A stretch of DNA of 60,131 nt from Candidatus Altiarchaeales archaeon (GCA_023252215.1 JAHEXG010000003.1:1-60131), one strand, 5' to 3'; counted from the first letter of the stretch, positions 38,915 to 48,899 are shown. Made by a program: numbers and translations. The notes: generated by a model not told the origin, from the letters alone.

Positions 38915-38978
38915 AAAACTGGGGAGGGGCAAAGCCCCTCCGCGGTTTGGAGCTGTGTTCAAATCACAGCGGTCCCAT
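38915..38978 (+). repeat. Hairpin repeat family A copy 4 followed by perfect 26-bp duplicate of tRNA-Pro 3' end
   Basis: AAAACTG-G-GGAGGGG-CAAAG-CCCCTCC-G-CGGTTTGG then CTGTGTTCAAATCACAGCGGTCCCAT (=38801-38826). Confidence 0.85.
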
Positions 38979-39080
38979 GAACTGCCCTAAAGGGCATGTT
39001 TCATCCCCCTTGTCCTTCTGGGGCATGACCTGCATTAAATTGACTGGATTTAATGCCAAAAGTCGAAATAATTAGCATTC

Positions 39081-39154
39081 GCCTCCGTGGCTCAGACTGG
39101 CAGAGCGGCTGACTTGTAATCAGTAGGTCGAGGGTTCAAATCCCTCCGGGGGCT
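39081..39154 (+). tRNA. tRNA-Thr(TGT)
   Basis: GCCTCCG/CGGGGGC, GCTGA-CT-TGT-AA-TCAGT. Confidence 0.95.
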
Positions 39155-39214
39155 AATATTTTCTTAAACTGATTGGACATTTTAACCTGTCTTCCCTATT
39201 GTTTACTTAATAAA

Positions 39215-39391
39215 ATGGCTCGTCCGATCGAACCTCTTCCAACCCTCATGGGACAAGACGCTGTTAACTTCCTTAGAGAGAAGGAGAGGATTGAAAACCT
39301 TGATCCGAATGGCAAGGAAGCTAAGGAGCGTAACTCATTTCTTGACAAGTGTGTAAAGGTTTATAATAAGACCCGTCCGATTAATCTTTGA
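39215..39391 (+). CDS. Small protein, putative partner of the GNAT acetyltransferase
   Basis: MARPIEPLPTLMGQDAVNFL..., convergent and overlapping with the GNAT gene. Confidence 0.6.
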   Translation: MARPIEPLPTLMGQDAVNFLREKERIENLDPNGKEAKERNSFLDKCVKVYNKTRPINL

Positions 39392-39905
39392 TTTTAAGCA
39401 GGTCTAGGTACATCGGGATGTTTGTTTTAATCTTTCTGTCTACGAGCCGCTTAAAGCCGTTCTTTTCATAAAACCGTATATTGCGCTCTTCGTTTAATGA
39501 GTCCACCGCCAGGTAGCGGCATCCCACTTCGTTTGCGTGTAGTACTGCCCGTCCAAGTACGTGTTCTATTATGACGCTTCCAAATCCTCTGCCTTGTTCT
39601 CCTTTTTTGACTCCGAGGCGTCCGATCATCATTGCAGGATAGTTCGCCAGATGTTTTCCTAACTTGTCGAATTCCTTCATGTCCTCCTCATTAACCTTTA
39701 TGTCTGCGTTGGAGAGACAGAAGAAGGCTTTTAATTCGTCTTCATATTCCAGCAAATATGTGACGGCCAGCCTGCCGTCAAGGTAACCCAGAGCATCCGT
39801 ACTTAGGAACTCGTTTAAATCAGCTATGCCGCAGTCGAAGCCTTCTATTAAATGGATTGTCTCCGTTGAAAGCTTAGTGATCCTGATTTTGGAGTAATCT
39901 ATCAA
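39381..39905 (-). CDS. GNAT acetyltransferase (TacT/AtaT toxin-like)
   Basis: FDCGIADLNEFL, PAMMIGRLGV..QGRGFG, VDS..IRFYEKNGF. Confidence 0.88.
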   Translation of the reverse strand: MIDYSKIRITKLSTETIHLIEGFDCGIADLNEFLSTDALGYLDGRLAVTYLLEYEDELKAFFCLSNADIKVNEEDMKEFDKLGKHLANYPAMMIGRLGVKKGEQGRGFGSVIIEHVLGRAVLHANEVGCRYLAVDSLNEERNIRFYEKNGFKRLVDRKIKTNIPMYLDLLKIKD

Positions 39906-40174
39906 GTCGTATCACCTTTAGCGAATAAGGCGTTGGCGGTTTAGGTGCTGCTTTATTTATTAATTGGTTGACTGGATTAAACGGCGAGTGTTATTGTTTT
40001 AAAATGTAGAATGAGAAATAGAAGATATATGGGGGCTATTAACTCCTCTGTTCAGCGTTTATTCTTCTATTATCTCGTATTCTCCGTCGTCGTCAATGTA
40101 TGCTTTTAGATTTGTCAGGGATTCGTCTTTGGTCGTTGGTGTGTTCAGGTCTTGGAAGTTTTTTTTATGTTTTT

Positions 40175-40663
40175 CTATATGGTGTTGTCTTGTAGTGGTT
40201 CTATTGGTATGTTGAGGGTGTATGAGTATTTTGAGTCCATTTCCAATGAGTTGTCTGTCTGGCAGCAGCAGGTGTCCAGTCTTGCGGTCGGGCATAGTCT
40301 TCCGCCGTATATTGATTTTACTTCGTTTCTTACTCTGCATTCTAGTCCGTTGAGTCTGCAGTCTCCTCCTGCGTATCCTATGTTCTTGCAGTAGGAGTTG
40401 CATGTCTTTTTCTTTGTTGTTTTTGGCTGGGGTTTGGTGGTGGACGTGGGTTCTATGGTGGTTGTCTCTGCTGAGGAGGTTGTTGTGGTCGTCTCCAGCG
40501 AGGTCGTGGTTGTGGCTGTCGTAGTTGTTGTTACTGGTTCTGTGGTTGTTTCGTTGCCTGCGGGTTTCGCATATGTGGCATTATCCGTATTGTCCTGTGC
40601 GTAGCAGTAGCCTAGTAGCAGAATAATCCCAAGTCCTAATATAATGTACGTCTTTGTTTTCAT
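40175..40663 (-). CDS. Secreted Thr-rich protein with small Cys-rich domain
   Basis: Signal peptide, poly-Thr, CNSYC..GDC..EC..LC..TCCC. Confidence 0.75.
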   Translation of the reverse strand: MKTKTYIILGLGIILLLGYCYAQDNTDNATYAKPAGNETTTEPVTTTTTATTTTSLETTTTTSSAETTTIEPTSTTKPQPKTTKKKTCNSYCKNIGYAGGDCRLNGLECRVRNEVKSIYGGRLCPTARLDTCCCQTDNSLEMDSKYSYTLNIPIEPLQDNTI

Positions 40664-40739
40664 ATCTTTCACCTTAGGTTATCTATGGAAAGAAAACAAT
40701 AAATAATAAGTATAAAGTCCGGTGATCATATCGGATTTT

Positions 40740-41831
40740 TTACCATTCTTCGTTGTTGGGCATCCATTTCTTCAATTTGAGTACTGCGAATACTACTACG
40801 CCTGACAGCAATGTTCCTATGACCAGCGAATATAGCATGAATTCGTGGGAAACGTCGTCTCCCAGCGGTGTGCCATAGATTGTTGCGAGCGTGTTTGGTA
40901 CCAGCAGGGCGGTACCTATGACTGCTAGCCAGGTGGCCAGCCATGCCAGGCGGTTGTTCAGCATCTGTAATTGGTTGTTGTATATGCTTTGCAGTACTTC
41001 CAGCCCTGAGGCCAATACTTCGCTCATGTGTTCTGATAGTCCTATTTGCTGGTTTATGTCTGATGAGAGCATTGTTATGCGTTCTATTATCTTTTCATCG
41101 TCTGTTATTACCTCTGCGTCTCCGTAGCGGAGGCTGTTTACTACGTCGAGGGTGGCCCATAATGCGTTCATGTAGGTTATGAGGGCGTGTTTCATGTTGT
41201 ATATTGCGAGGCCGAGCCTGCTTCTGGGCGTTTTTGGGTCCATTAGGTCTTTGCTTAATTCGTCGGCCTGTGATTCGATCTCTCTGAGGTGGTCGAAGTT
41301 TCTGTCGTTGTTTTCATCCATGATGCGGATGAGGGCCAAAGTAAGCGCGTCCTGCCATAGTACGTTGGTGGGTATCTTGCGCAGGAAGGTGTCTGCGTAT
41401 CTTGAGAATCTCACCAGCCGGACTACTTCGTTCCCGGCCAGGGTTAGTATAAGGCCTTTTCGCATTAGGATAATAAGTGGATTGACGTTCACTTCCAGGT
41501 TCTTGACCGTGACCGCGGGTACGAGCAGTGCGAGTTCTACGTCGTTGTCTATGTATTCGGAGTAGCCTGTTCCTTCAAGCAGTTTTCCCACCAGGCCGCC
41601 GGTAAAGCCAAGGGAGTTTGCTACGTCTTCTCCTTGTGTCTTCAGGTCTTCGACCAGGTAGTTTATCCATGCTATTTTTGCTTTTTCAAGGACCGGCTTT
41701 AGTTCGCCGGTTGTGTTGTATTCTACTCTTACGCATTCTCCCGATTCCAGGAGGGCGGCGCAGAACTGTGCGTGGCTTACGCTTACGCGGGGCGTGTTTT
41801 TTACGGTCTGCGGGTCGTTTTCGTCAGCCAT
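40740..41831 (-). CDS. corA: CorA family divalent cation transporter
   Basis: Long helical cytoplasmic domain, two C-terminal TMs, VPNTLATIYG (variant of GMN motif region). Confidence 0.8.
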   Translation of the reverse strand: MADENDPQTVKNTPRVSVSHAQFCAALLESGECVRVEYNTTGELKPVLEKAKIAWINYLVEDLKTQGEDVANSLGFTGGLVGKLLEGTGYSEYIDNDVELALLVPAVTVKNLEVNVNPLIILMRKGLILTLAGNEVVRLVRFSRYADTFLRKIPTNVLWQDALTLALIRIMDENNDRNFDHLREIESQADELSKDLMDPKTPRSRLGLAIYNMKHALITYMNALWATLDVVNSLRYGDAEVITDDEKIIERITMLSSDINQQIGLSEHMSEVLASGLEVLQSIYNNQLQMLNNRLAWLATWLAVIGTALLVPNTLATIYGTPLGDDVSHEFMLYSLVIGTLLSGVVVFAVLKLKKWMPNNEEW

Positions 41832-41884
41832 TTTCTGCCTTCTCAGTAGAAATAGTATCCGTTTATGCGGTTTTTTTTATTTTT

Positions 41885-42277
41885 TTACTTTACCAGTTTT
41901 ATGCCTTTGGGGAACTTGACGCGGTATTTGCCTTCGTGTGGCTCCAGTTCCAGGAGGTGTTCTTTTTTGCATATCGGGCATATTACTTTGTGATCCAGGA
42001 CCGCTATCTTTGCGTTGTGTTCGAATTCGCCTACGCATTTGCCGCAGCGCAGCAGGAATTTTTTGTGTATGACGGCAGGGTTCTTTTTCTGGAGGCTTGG
42101 CATGTTCAGGGAGAGCCTGTCTCTCAGTTTTTGTATGTCCTGCTCTATGAGTATTGATTTGCCCTTGGTCTGCGCAAGCTCCTTTTGTATCTTCTTTAAT
42201 TCCGTGTCTGAAATGGTCGGAGGCATCTCTTTTTTCGATTTTTTATCTTTTGATTTAGCAGTCTTTTTTGCGGCCAT
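41885..42277 (-). CDS. Hypothetical coiled-coil/Zn-ribbon protein
   Basis: CGKC...CPIC; Lys-rich N-terminus. Confidence 0.7.
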   Translation of the reverse strand: MAAKKTAKSKDKKSKKEMPPTISDTELKKIQKELAQTKGKSILIEQDIQKLRDRLSLNMPSLQKKNPAVIHKKFLLRCGKCVGEFEHNAKIAVLDHKVICPICKKEHLLELEPHEGKYRVKFPKGIKLVK

Positions 42278-42398
42278 GGTAATCACCAAAAAGCGTTTAT
42301 GAGTTGTTAGCAGTCTTTCAGATAATCATTGGTTAAATGGATATATAAATCTCATAATAAAATATATAGGTATATAACACAGTGTCGTTTCTTGTAAA

Positions 42399-43901
42399 AT
42401 GAAATTTCAGATCAAGAACTGGCCTATCGAAGCCGGGAGGCCTATTGCCATATTGAACCACGAAGATGCGAAGGACCTTGGCCTATATGTGTCGGACCGC
42501 GTCGAGATATCATACGACGGCGCATCTACGGTTGCTTTGATAGACACAACCAAGTCGTTCGTTTCAGAGGGCGTAATAGCAGTTTCCAAGGAAGTAGTTG
42601 ACATATTGGGCGTAAAAGTAGGCAACGAAGTAGAACTGCACAGGACCCTGCGGCCCCAGTCAGTCGATTACATCAAAAAGAAGATCCGAGGAGAGGCATT
42701 GCTTGCATCCGAGCTCAAAGTCATAGTCCAGGATATCGTGGCTAACAATTTAAGCGATGTAGAGCTTTCCGCGTTTGTGACCGCTGGCTACATAAACGGC
42801 TACAACATGGACGAAGTGGTGGGGCTCACCAATTCCATGGTGGAGACGGGTCAACAGATAGACTTCGGAGACAACATAGTGGACAAGCACTGCATAGGAG
42901 GCGTCGCAGGAAACAGGACCACGATGATAATAGTTCCCATAATAGCGGCTGCCGGGCTTACCATCCCCAAGACCAGTTCCAGGGCCATCACTTCTCCGGC
43001 GGGTACCGCGGACACAATGGAAGTGCTTGCAAAGGTCGAGTTCAACATAGACGAACTAAAAGACATCGTGGACACAGTCGGAGGATGCGTTATATGGGGC
43101 GGCTCCCTCAATCTTGCGCCTGCGGACGATAAGATCATACGCGTCGAGTATCCGTTGTCTCTGGATCCGCAGGGGCAGGTTCTGGCAAGCGTCATGGCCA
43201 AGAAGAAGTCGGTCGGCTCTGATTACGTTCTCGTGGACATACCCATGGGCAAAGGCGCAAAAGTCGCAGACAACGAGGCTGCCGGGCAACTGGCCAAGCA
43301 GTTCATAGAATTGGGCAAGAGGCTTAACATTTACGTCGAGTGCCTGATAACCGACGGCACCGCTCCCATAGGCGCCGGCATAGGGCCTGCGCTGGAGGCA
43401 CGGGACTGCCTGCTGGTCTTGGACAACAAGGGACCAAGCGACCTAATGAACAAATCTCTTGACCTGGCCGGCGTATTATTGGAGCTTTCCGGCAGCGTCA
43501 AGAGAAACCACGGGCGAAGCGCGGCTGAGAAGCTTCTGGCATCTGGAAAAGCCAAAAAGAAGATGCTGGAAATAATAGAAGCCCAGGGCGGCAACCCGTC
43601 CGTAAAGCCCGACGACATAAAGCTGGGAGAAAAGAAGCACACGATCAAAGCGGACTGCAAGGGCCGCATACGCTACATAGACAATAAGAAGATCTCGCTG
43701 GTGGCAAGGGCTGCAGGAGCGCCCAAAGACAAATCCGCGGGAGTCTATCTGCACGTTAACGTCGGAGACTGCGTAAAAGCCGGCGACCCTCTTTTCACGA
43801 TATACTCCAAGGCTAACGGAAAGATAGATGAGGCTATCAAGATGGTGGAGAAACTGCAGCCGATAAACATCGGGGGCGTTATCCTGGATACGCTTACCTG
43901 A
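42399..43901 (+). CDS. deoA: AMP phosphorylase
   Basis: DKHCIGGVAGNRT, KTSSRAITSPAGTAD, GIGPALEARD, N-terminal extension of archaeal AMPpase. Confidence 0.93.
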   Translation: MKFQIKNWPIEAGRPIAILNHEDAKDLGLYVSDRVEISYDGASTVALIDTTKSFVSEGVIAVSKEVVDILGVKVGNEVELHRTLRPQSVDYIKKKIRGEALLASELKVIVQDIVANNLSDVELSAFVTAGYINGYNMDEVVGLTNSMVETGQQIDFGDNIVDKHCIGGVAGNRTTMIIVPIIAAAGLTIPKTSSRAITSPAGTADTMEVLAKVEFNIDELKDIVDTVGGCVIWGGSLNLAPADDKIIRVEYPLSLDPQGQVLASVMAKKKSVGSDYVLVDIPMGKGAKVADNEAAGQLAKQFIELGKRLNIYVECLITDGTAPIGAGIGPALEARDCLLVLDNKGPSDLMNKSLDLAGVLLELSGSVKRNHGRSAAEKLLASGKAKKKMLEIIEAQGGNPSVKPDDIKLGEKKHTIKADCKGRIRYIDNKKISLVARAAGAPKDKSAGVYLHVNVGDCVKAGDPLFTIYSKANGKIDEAIKMVEKLQPINIGGVILDTLT

Positions 43902-44010
43902 GTAGCCGGGCTTTTGCGTAGCTGCCGCAGCGTGGTGAAATAAGCTGCAATCTTTTTTTTTTATCTCGCGCATTTTCAGACCAGACAATGTTTGGACAGA
44001 ATATATGCCT

Positions 44011-45593
44011 TTAGGGTGCCTCTTCTGTTCCTATGCTTGCCGACGGCTCGGTGGAGGCGTATTTTCGGGCTCTGACATTATCTATCTGGATATAATTCAG
44101 AAATGGATATCCGCCATATGCCCCTGCGGCAAGGGCGATCTTTGAGACACTTGACGAGGTTGCGGTCGCTACTTGAGTCCATGAGTCAGAAGAAGCTGGT
44201 TTTTGGTATATGGTGATAGTAGAACCGCTTATTACATACTTGAAATCTCTAATATCCCCATTCGACACCGATGCTCCACTACCTGTAGTTGCTTCGACAA
44301 AGATGTATCCATAGCTAGGAATTAAAGATGCTCCCTGACTATCCGTGTGAGTTATATACGCAGTTATTAAATTATCGCTTCCTACGATCGCGACGCTTCC
44401 TTCTCCCATCTGGTTTGATGAAGTATCCGATATTGTCGATCTCCATTCAACGATGAACGAGGACAACGGGGTCCAGATGGCCTGGTGCTGGCTTCCTGAG
44501 TTGCTATTTCCATAAATCCAATATGTGCCCTCGCTCTTTGTCGCATCAGTAAACCTGAAGTAGCCATTGACTGTATAACTGATAGAATTCACTGCATTGA
44601 CAGTCCACTTGCCCGTATTCAAAGTCGTACCGCTGAAGTCGTCGAAGAACTCGAATACCGAATTACCATTACTGAGGCTCGTTGCGCCGGAATTTCCATA
44701 ATACATATAAATCGTCTTAGTCCCTGCAGGTACGCTGGGCACGTTCACCCAGAAAACCGCCGAAGACGATGCGACATAAGACTCCCTCCAATAATTCAAT
44801 AAAGTCACAGCGTCGCTGTCGGTAAATCTTATGTCATTGAAGTTGGCTTGCATGTCGCTGTCATAGGTGACAGAGACCCGGATCTGGTAATCAGTCAGCT
44901 CGGAACCGGAATTCGTTATGGTAACCGGCCTCCTGAAACCAAAATTAGAAAGCCACGGAATAGTGGTTGTTGTTGTAGTCGTGGTAGTGGTTGTTGTGGT
45001 TGTCGTAGTGGTCGTTGTTGTTGTGGTAGTTGTCGTTGTTGTGGTCGTTGTTGTCGTCGTGGTGGCAGTTGTAGTAGTTGTTATGTTGTAGTGGTCGTCG
45101 TCGTTGGTGTTGTAATGAATACCCCCTCTGTGGTTCCCTGCAGGGTTCCAGAGCTTTTGAAGGTCGTATTCGTCCCTATGCGGTCGTCGAAGTATGCTAT
45201 TGTGACAACCATGTTGTACGCGCCGTTTGAGCTTCCTTCTGAACTGATGTTTTGATTCCAGAGGTATGTTTTTCCCGCGGAGAGATTTATTGGCGCATTG
45301 GGGAGATCCGGGTCTGAGTATATTTCCCCGTTTGGGCCGGTCACATTGATTCCTATTATTTGAATGTTTCCGTTGATGTTGTTCTTTAGCGAGAGGGCCA
45401 AATTTCCGTCGCTTTTGTAGTTGTAGTCTACGGGCATGACCCCCCAGAAGCCCGTGTATGTCTGTTCGGTGCTGCTTTGGGGGTTGAAGGCCCCCCACTG
45501 CCATAAGACGACGAGGACTACGCTTATTACTATAATGGCCCAGCCGTAGGTCATCAAGAATTCGAGAGACGCCTGGCCTCTGGATTTTCTCAT
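44011..45593 (-). pseudogene. Class III signal peptide (pilin-like) + poly-Thr + DUF2341 surface protein, split by 1-nt frameshift near 45083
   Basis: ORF 45081-45593 starts RGQASLEFLMTYGWAII and ends in a Thr run; ORF 44011-45504 continues the Thr run into WLSNFGFRRPVTI..DIRFTD..YMYYGN..FEFFDDF. Confidence 0.75.
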
Positions 45594-45634
45594 TTTTATT
45601 TTTTCCTCTATTATCTAATAATTCTCTGAGGAGG

Positions 45635-46150
45635 TTAAATACTTTTAATAATTGCGGAAACCATGTTTACGATCTCTTCCACCGAGAATCTCTTGGTGTT
45701 TATGACCAGATCGTATATGGATCTGTCGTCGAGGTCTATTTTGTATATCTCTTTGTATCTCTTTTTTTCGCTTTCTTCTCTTTTGAGTATGTCTTTTTTT
45801 GCCCGGACCTCGGTTGTCTTCTCTCTTTTCGAAACTCTCTGCGCCCTCACCGCAAGAGGCGCATCGAGCCATATGCGCAGGTCTGCGTCCAGCATGTAGG
45901 CCGAAAGCCGTCCGTCGACGACGCAGTTCCCATTAGAGCACATGTCTTTCTGTTTGCGGTCTATCTCCTTGTCTATGCCGGGATTTGCTTCGGCGTATTT
46001 TGAGAATTCTATGAGCTCCATCTTCCGGTCTTTTGCCATCTGCCTCATCACTTCGCCCACGGAGACGTGGGACATGCCGAATCTATGGGATATCTCGGAC
46101 GCAAGCGTTGTTTTTCCTGAGCCGATGGATCCCCCTATTGTGATTATCAT
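45635..46150 (-). CDS. cmk: Cytidylate kinase
   Basis: GGSIGSGKTT, DGRLSAY, RYKEIYKIDLDD.SIYDL. Confidence 0.92.
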   Translation of the reverse strand: MIITIGGSIGSGKTTLASEISHRFGMSHVSVGEVMRQMAKDRKMELIEFSKYAEANPGIDKEIDRKQKDMCSNGNCVVDGRLSAYMLDADLRIWLDAPLAVRAQRVSKREKTTEVRAKKDILKREESEKKRYKEIYKIDLDDRSIYDLVINTKRFSVEEIVNMVSAIIKSI

Positions 46151-46160
46151 CTTATTTTAT

Positions 46161-47327
46161 CTATTTGTTCCCCATCCTTTTCATCCTCTGCAATACTTCT
46201 TCGAGTCGCTCCCTGGGCTGGGTGAGGGCGCATCTTACGTATCCTTCCCCGTATTTCCCAAAACCGGTTCCAGGGGTCATCACGACTCCTGTTTTTTCCA
46301 GCAGGCATTCGGCGAACTGGGCTGAGGACTTGTATCCTTTAGGTATCCTGAACCAGAGATAAAACGTGGCTTTTGGTTTCTTCACGGCATAACCCAACTC
46401 ATTTAGTCCGTCAACCATTACGTCTCTTCTCTCCTGGAAGACCCTTAGGTGCTCTGATATGGAATCCTGCGGCCCGCTGAGAGCTTCTATGCCGGCTTCC
46501 TGGACTGCCTGGAAGGCTCCTGAGTCTACGTTCTCCTTTATCTTGCCCAGGCCGGAAATCACCTCGGGGTTTCCTACCGCAAAGCCTATGCGCCAGCCGG
46601 TCATATTATATGTCTTGGACAGGGAATGGAATTCTACGCCCACATCCTTTGCGCCGGCAACTTCCAGAAAACTCGGAGCCTTGTAGCCGTCGTAGGCCAT
46701 CTCCGAATAAGGAGCGTCATGGCATACTATTATGCCGTTGTCCACTGCAAAATCAACGGTTTCTTTAAAGAACTTTTTGTCTGCGACAGCCGCCGTCGGA
46801 TTATTAGGATAATTGATGAACAAAAGTTTTGCCTTCTTAGCAGTCGCACGCTCGATCGCTCCATAATCCGGGAGAAAACCGTTCTCCTCCAGAAGCGGCA
46901 TTTCCACGGGCTTTCCTCCCGCGAGAATAGTGCCGACACGGTACACCGGGTAACCGGGGTCAGAGAACAATACAACGTCCCCCGGATTAACGAATGCAAG
47001 GGGGATGTGCGCTATTCCCTCCTTTGAGCCGATGAGTGCGAGCACTTCTTTTCCAGAATCAAGCGTTACATTGAAGCGCTTCTTGTACCACTTTGCAGCG
47101 GCTTCCCTAAAAGAAGTCATTCCTGCATAGGACGGATACCGGTGATTCCTCGGATCATGCGCGGCTTTGCACAATCGGTCTATTATGTTCTCCGGGGTAG
47201 GGATATCCGGATCGCCGATGCCCAGGCTTATCACATCCACTCCTTCAGACCTCTTTTTTTCGATGGCTCTGTCTATCTCCGCAAATAGGTAAGGCGGTAT
47301 TTGTCTTATCCGGTCCGAGTATTCCAT
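46161..47327 (-). CDS. dapL: LL-diaminopimelate aminotransferase (class I/II PLP)
   Basis: [37 protein letters not shown]. Confidence 0.8.
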   Translation of the reverse strand: MEYSDRIRQIPPYLFAEIDRAIEKKRSEGVDVISLGIGDPDIPTPENIIDRLCKAAHDPRNHRYPSYAGMTSFREAAAKWYKKRFNVTLDSGKEVLALIGSKEGIAHIPLAFVNPGDVVLFSDPGYPVYRVGTILAGGKPVEMPLLEENGFLPDYGAIERATAKKAKLLFINYPNNPTAAVADKKFFKETVDFAVDNGIIVCHDAPYSEMAYDGYKAPSFLEVAGAKDVGVEFHSLSKTYNMTGWRIGFAVGNPEVISGLGKIKENVDSGAFQAVQEAGIEALSGPQDSISEHLRVFQERRDVMVDGLNELGYAVKKPKATFYLWFRIPKGYKSSAQFAECLLEKTGVVMTPGTGFGKYGEGYVRCALTQPRERLEEVLQRMKRMGNK

Positions 47328-47360
47328 TTTTGTTTGATGCTGAATATCCGACTTTTTTTT

Positions 47361-48839
47361 TTATCTTTTTGCCATGAGCGAGTTTAGGCCGCTGACAAGC
47401 GCATCGACGCTTGCAAGGACGATGTCGCTTCCAGTTCCCTGGGCCGTAACCACGCGGTCTTTGCTTTTCAGTTTTACCATGACCTTGACCAGTGCGTCTG
47501 TTCCTCCGCTTATGGAGTCGACGTGGTACTCGACAAGCTCGAAGGGAACGTCTTTTGTGGCGTGCTTTATGGCCTTCAATGCGGCGTCGACCGGTCCCGT
47601 CCCGACCGCGGATTCCACAATCTCCCTTCCGTTAAGCGAGAGCTTAACCGAAGCCGTGGGCGTGATAGTATTGCCTGCGACTGCGACGAGCTCCTGGACC
47701 TTTAAGCATTTCTCTCTCTTGATGCCCTGGACGGAATCGGCGATCGCTTCTAGGTCTGAACTTGTAACCCGTTTGCCTTTGTCGCCCATGTATTTTATCT
47801 GCGAGAATATCTCTTTGAGCTGCTCGTCTGTTACGGATATTTTTTGGTCTTCGAGCATCTTCTTTACGGATTTTGCGCCTACGTGTTTTCCGAGGACGAA
47901 CATTCTTTTCGCTCCCACAAGTTCGGGCTTGATTGCTTCGTAGGTTTCGGCCTTTTTGAGTATGCCGTCCACGTGTATGCCCGCTTCGTGCGTGAATGCG
48001 TTCTCTCCTACTATTGCCTTGTTCGGGGGGACGGGTATGCCGCAGATTTTTTCAACGAGCTCGGACAATGCCAGTATCTTTTCAGTCTTGATGCCTGTCT
48101 CGTATCCGTATCCCAGTTTCAGAGCCATGACCGCCTCCTCAAGAGCCGTGTTGCCGGCCCTTTCGCCCAGGCCGTTCACTGCCACGTCGATAATGGCCGC
48201 TCCGGACTTTACCGCGCATATCGTATTTGCGGTCGCCAGCCCCAGGTCGTCGTGGCAGTGTATGCCTAAAGGCACCTTTGCTTTTTGCGCAAGATGCAGG
48301 AATATCTCGGATATTTTGTCCGGGGTCATTATGCCCACGGTGTCTGCGATGGTGAACCTGTCTATTTTGCATTCAGTCGCTTTCTTCAATACTTTCTCAA
48401 GGAATTCTATGTCTGTCCTCGAGCCGTCTTCTGCGCACAGGTCTACTATGAGTCCGTGTTCCTTGGAGTAGTCGATGGCATCCGCCATCCTCTTCAATAG
48501 TTCGTTTCGGTCTATGCCCAGTTTGTACTTGATGTGCAGGTCGGAAGTAGGAGCAACCAGGAAAACGGAGTCCACGCCGCACCACAGCGCTTTGTCTATG
48601 TCGTCCTTTACTATTCTCGCAAAGCTCGATATATTTGCCCGCAGATTCTCGCCCGATATCTTTTTGATGCTTTCCTGTTCTCCGGGGCTGGTGATCGCGG
48701 CCCCGGCTTCTATTACGTCGACTCCGACGTCGTCGAGGGCTTTTGCTATCATTAGTTTCTCCTCCGGCAGAAGAGATACGCCGGGCGTCTGTTCGCCGTC
48801 TCTCAGCGTGGTGTCGTGCACCATTATCTTCTTTGACAT
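47361..48839 (-). CDS. 2-isopropylmalate/citramalate synthase family enzyme with regulatory domain
   Basis: DTTLRDGEQ, HCHDDLG, GERAGN, HEAGIH, GPVDA. Confidence 0.9.
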   Translation of the reverse strand: MSKKIMVHDTTLRDGEQTPGVSLLPEEKLMIAKALDDVGVDVIEAGAAITSPGEQESIKKISGENLRANISSFARIVKDDIDKALWCGVDSVFLVAPTSDLHIKYKLGIDRNELLKRMADAIDYSKEHGLIVDLCAEDGSRTDIEFLEKVLKKATECKIDRFTIADTVGIMTPDKISEIFLHLAQKAKVPLGIHCHDDLGLATANTICAVKSGAAIIDVAVNGLGERAGNTALEEAVMALKLGYGYETGIKTEKILALSELVEKICGIPVPPNKAIVGENAFTHEAGIHVDGILKKAETYEAIKPELVGAKRMFVLGKHVGAKSVKKMLEDQKISVTDEQLKEIFSQIKYMGDKGKRVTSSDLEAIADSVQGIKREKCLKVQELVAVAGNTITPTASVKLSLNGREIVESAVGTGPVDAALKAIKHATKDVPFELVEYHVDSISGGTDALVKVMVKLKSKDRVVTAQGTGSDIVLASVDALVSGLNSLMAKR

Positions 48840-48899
48840 TTTGCTTGCAAAGTACTACCTATCTTTATTTATCTTTGTACATAATTAAATAAAGGAAAA

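Noticed and set aside
38647..38978. Split (trans-spliced) tRNA-Pro halves
   Set aside because: The fragments omit the anticodon arm, lack complementary leaders/BHB, and an intact gene lies between them.
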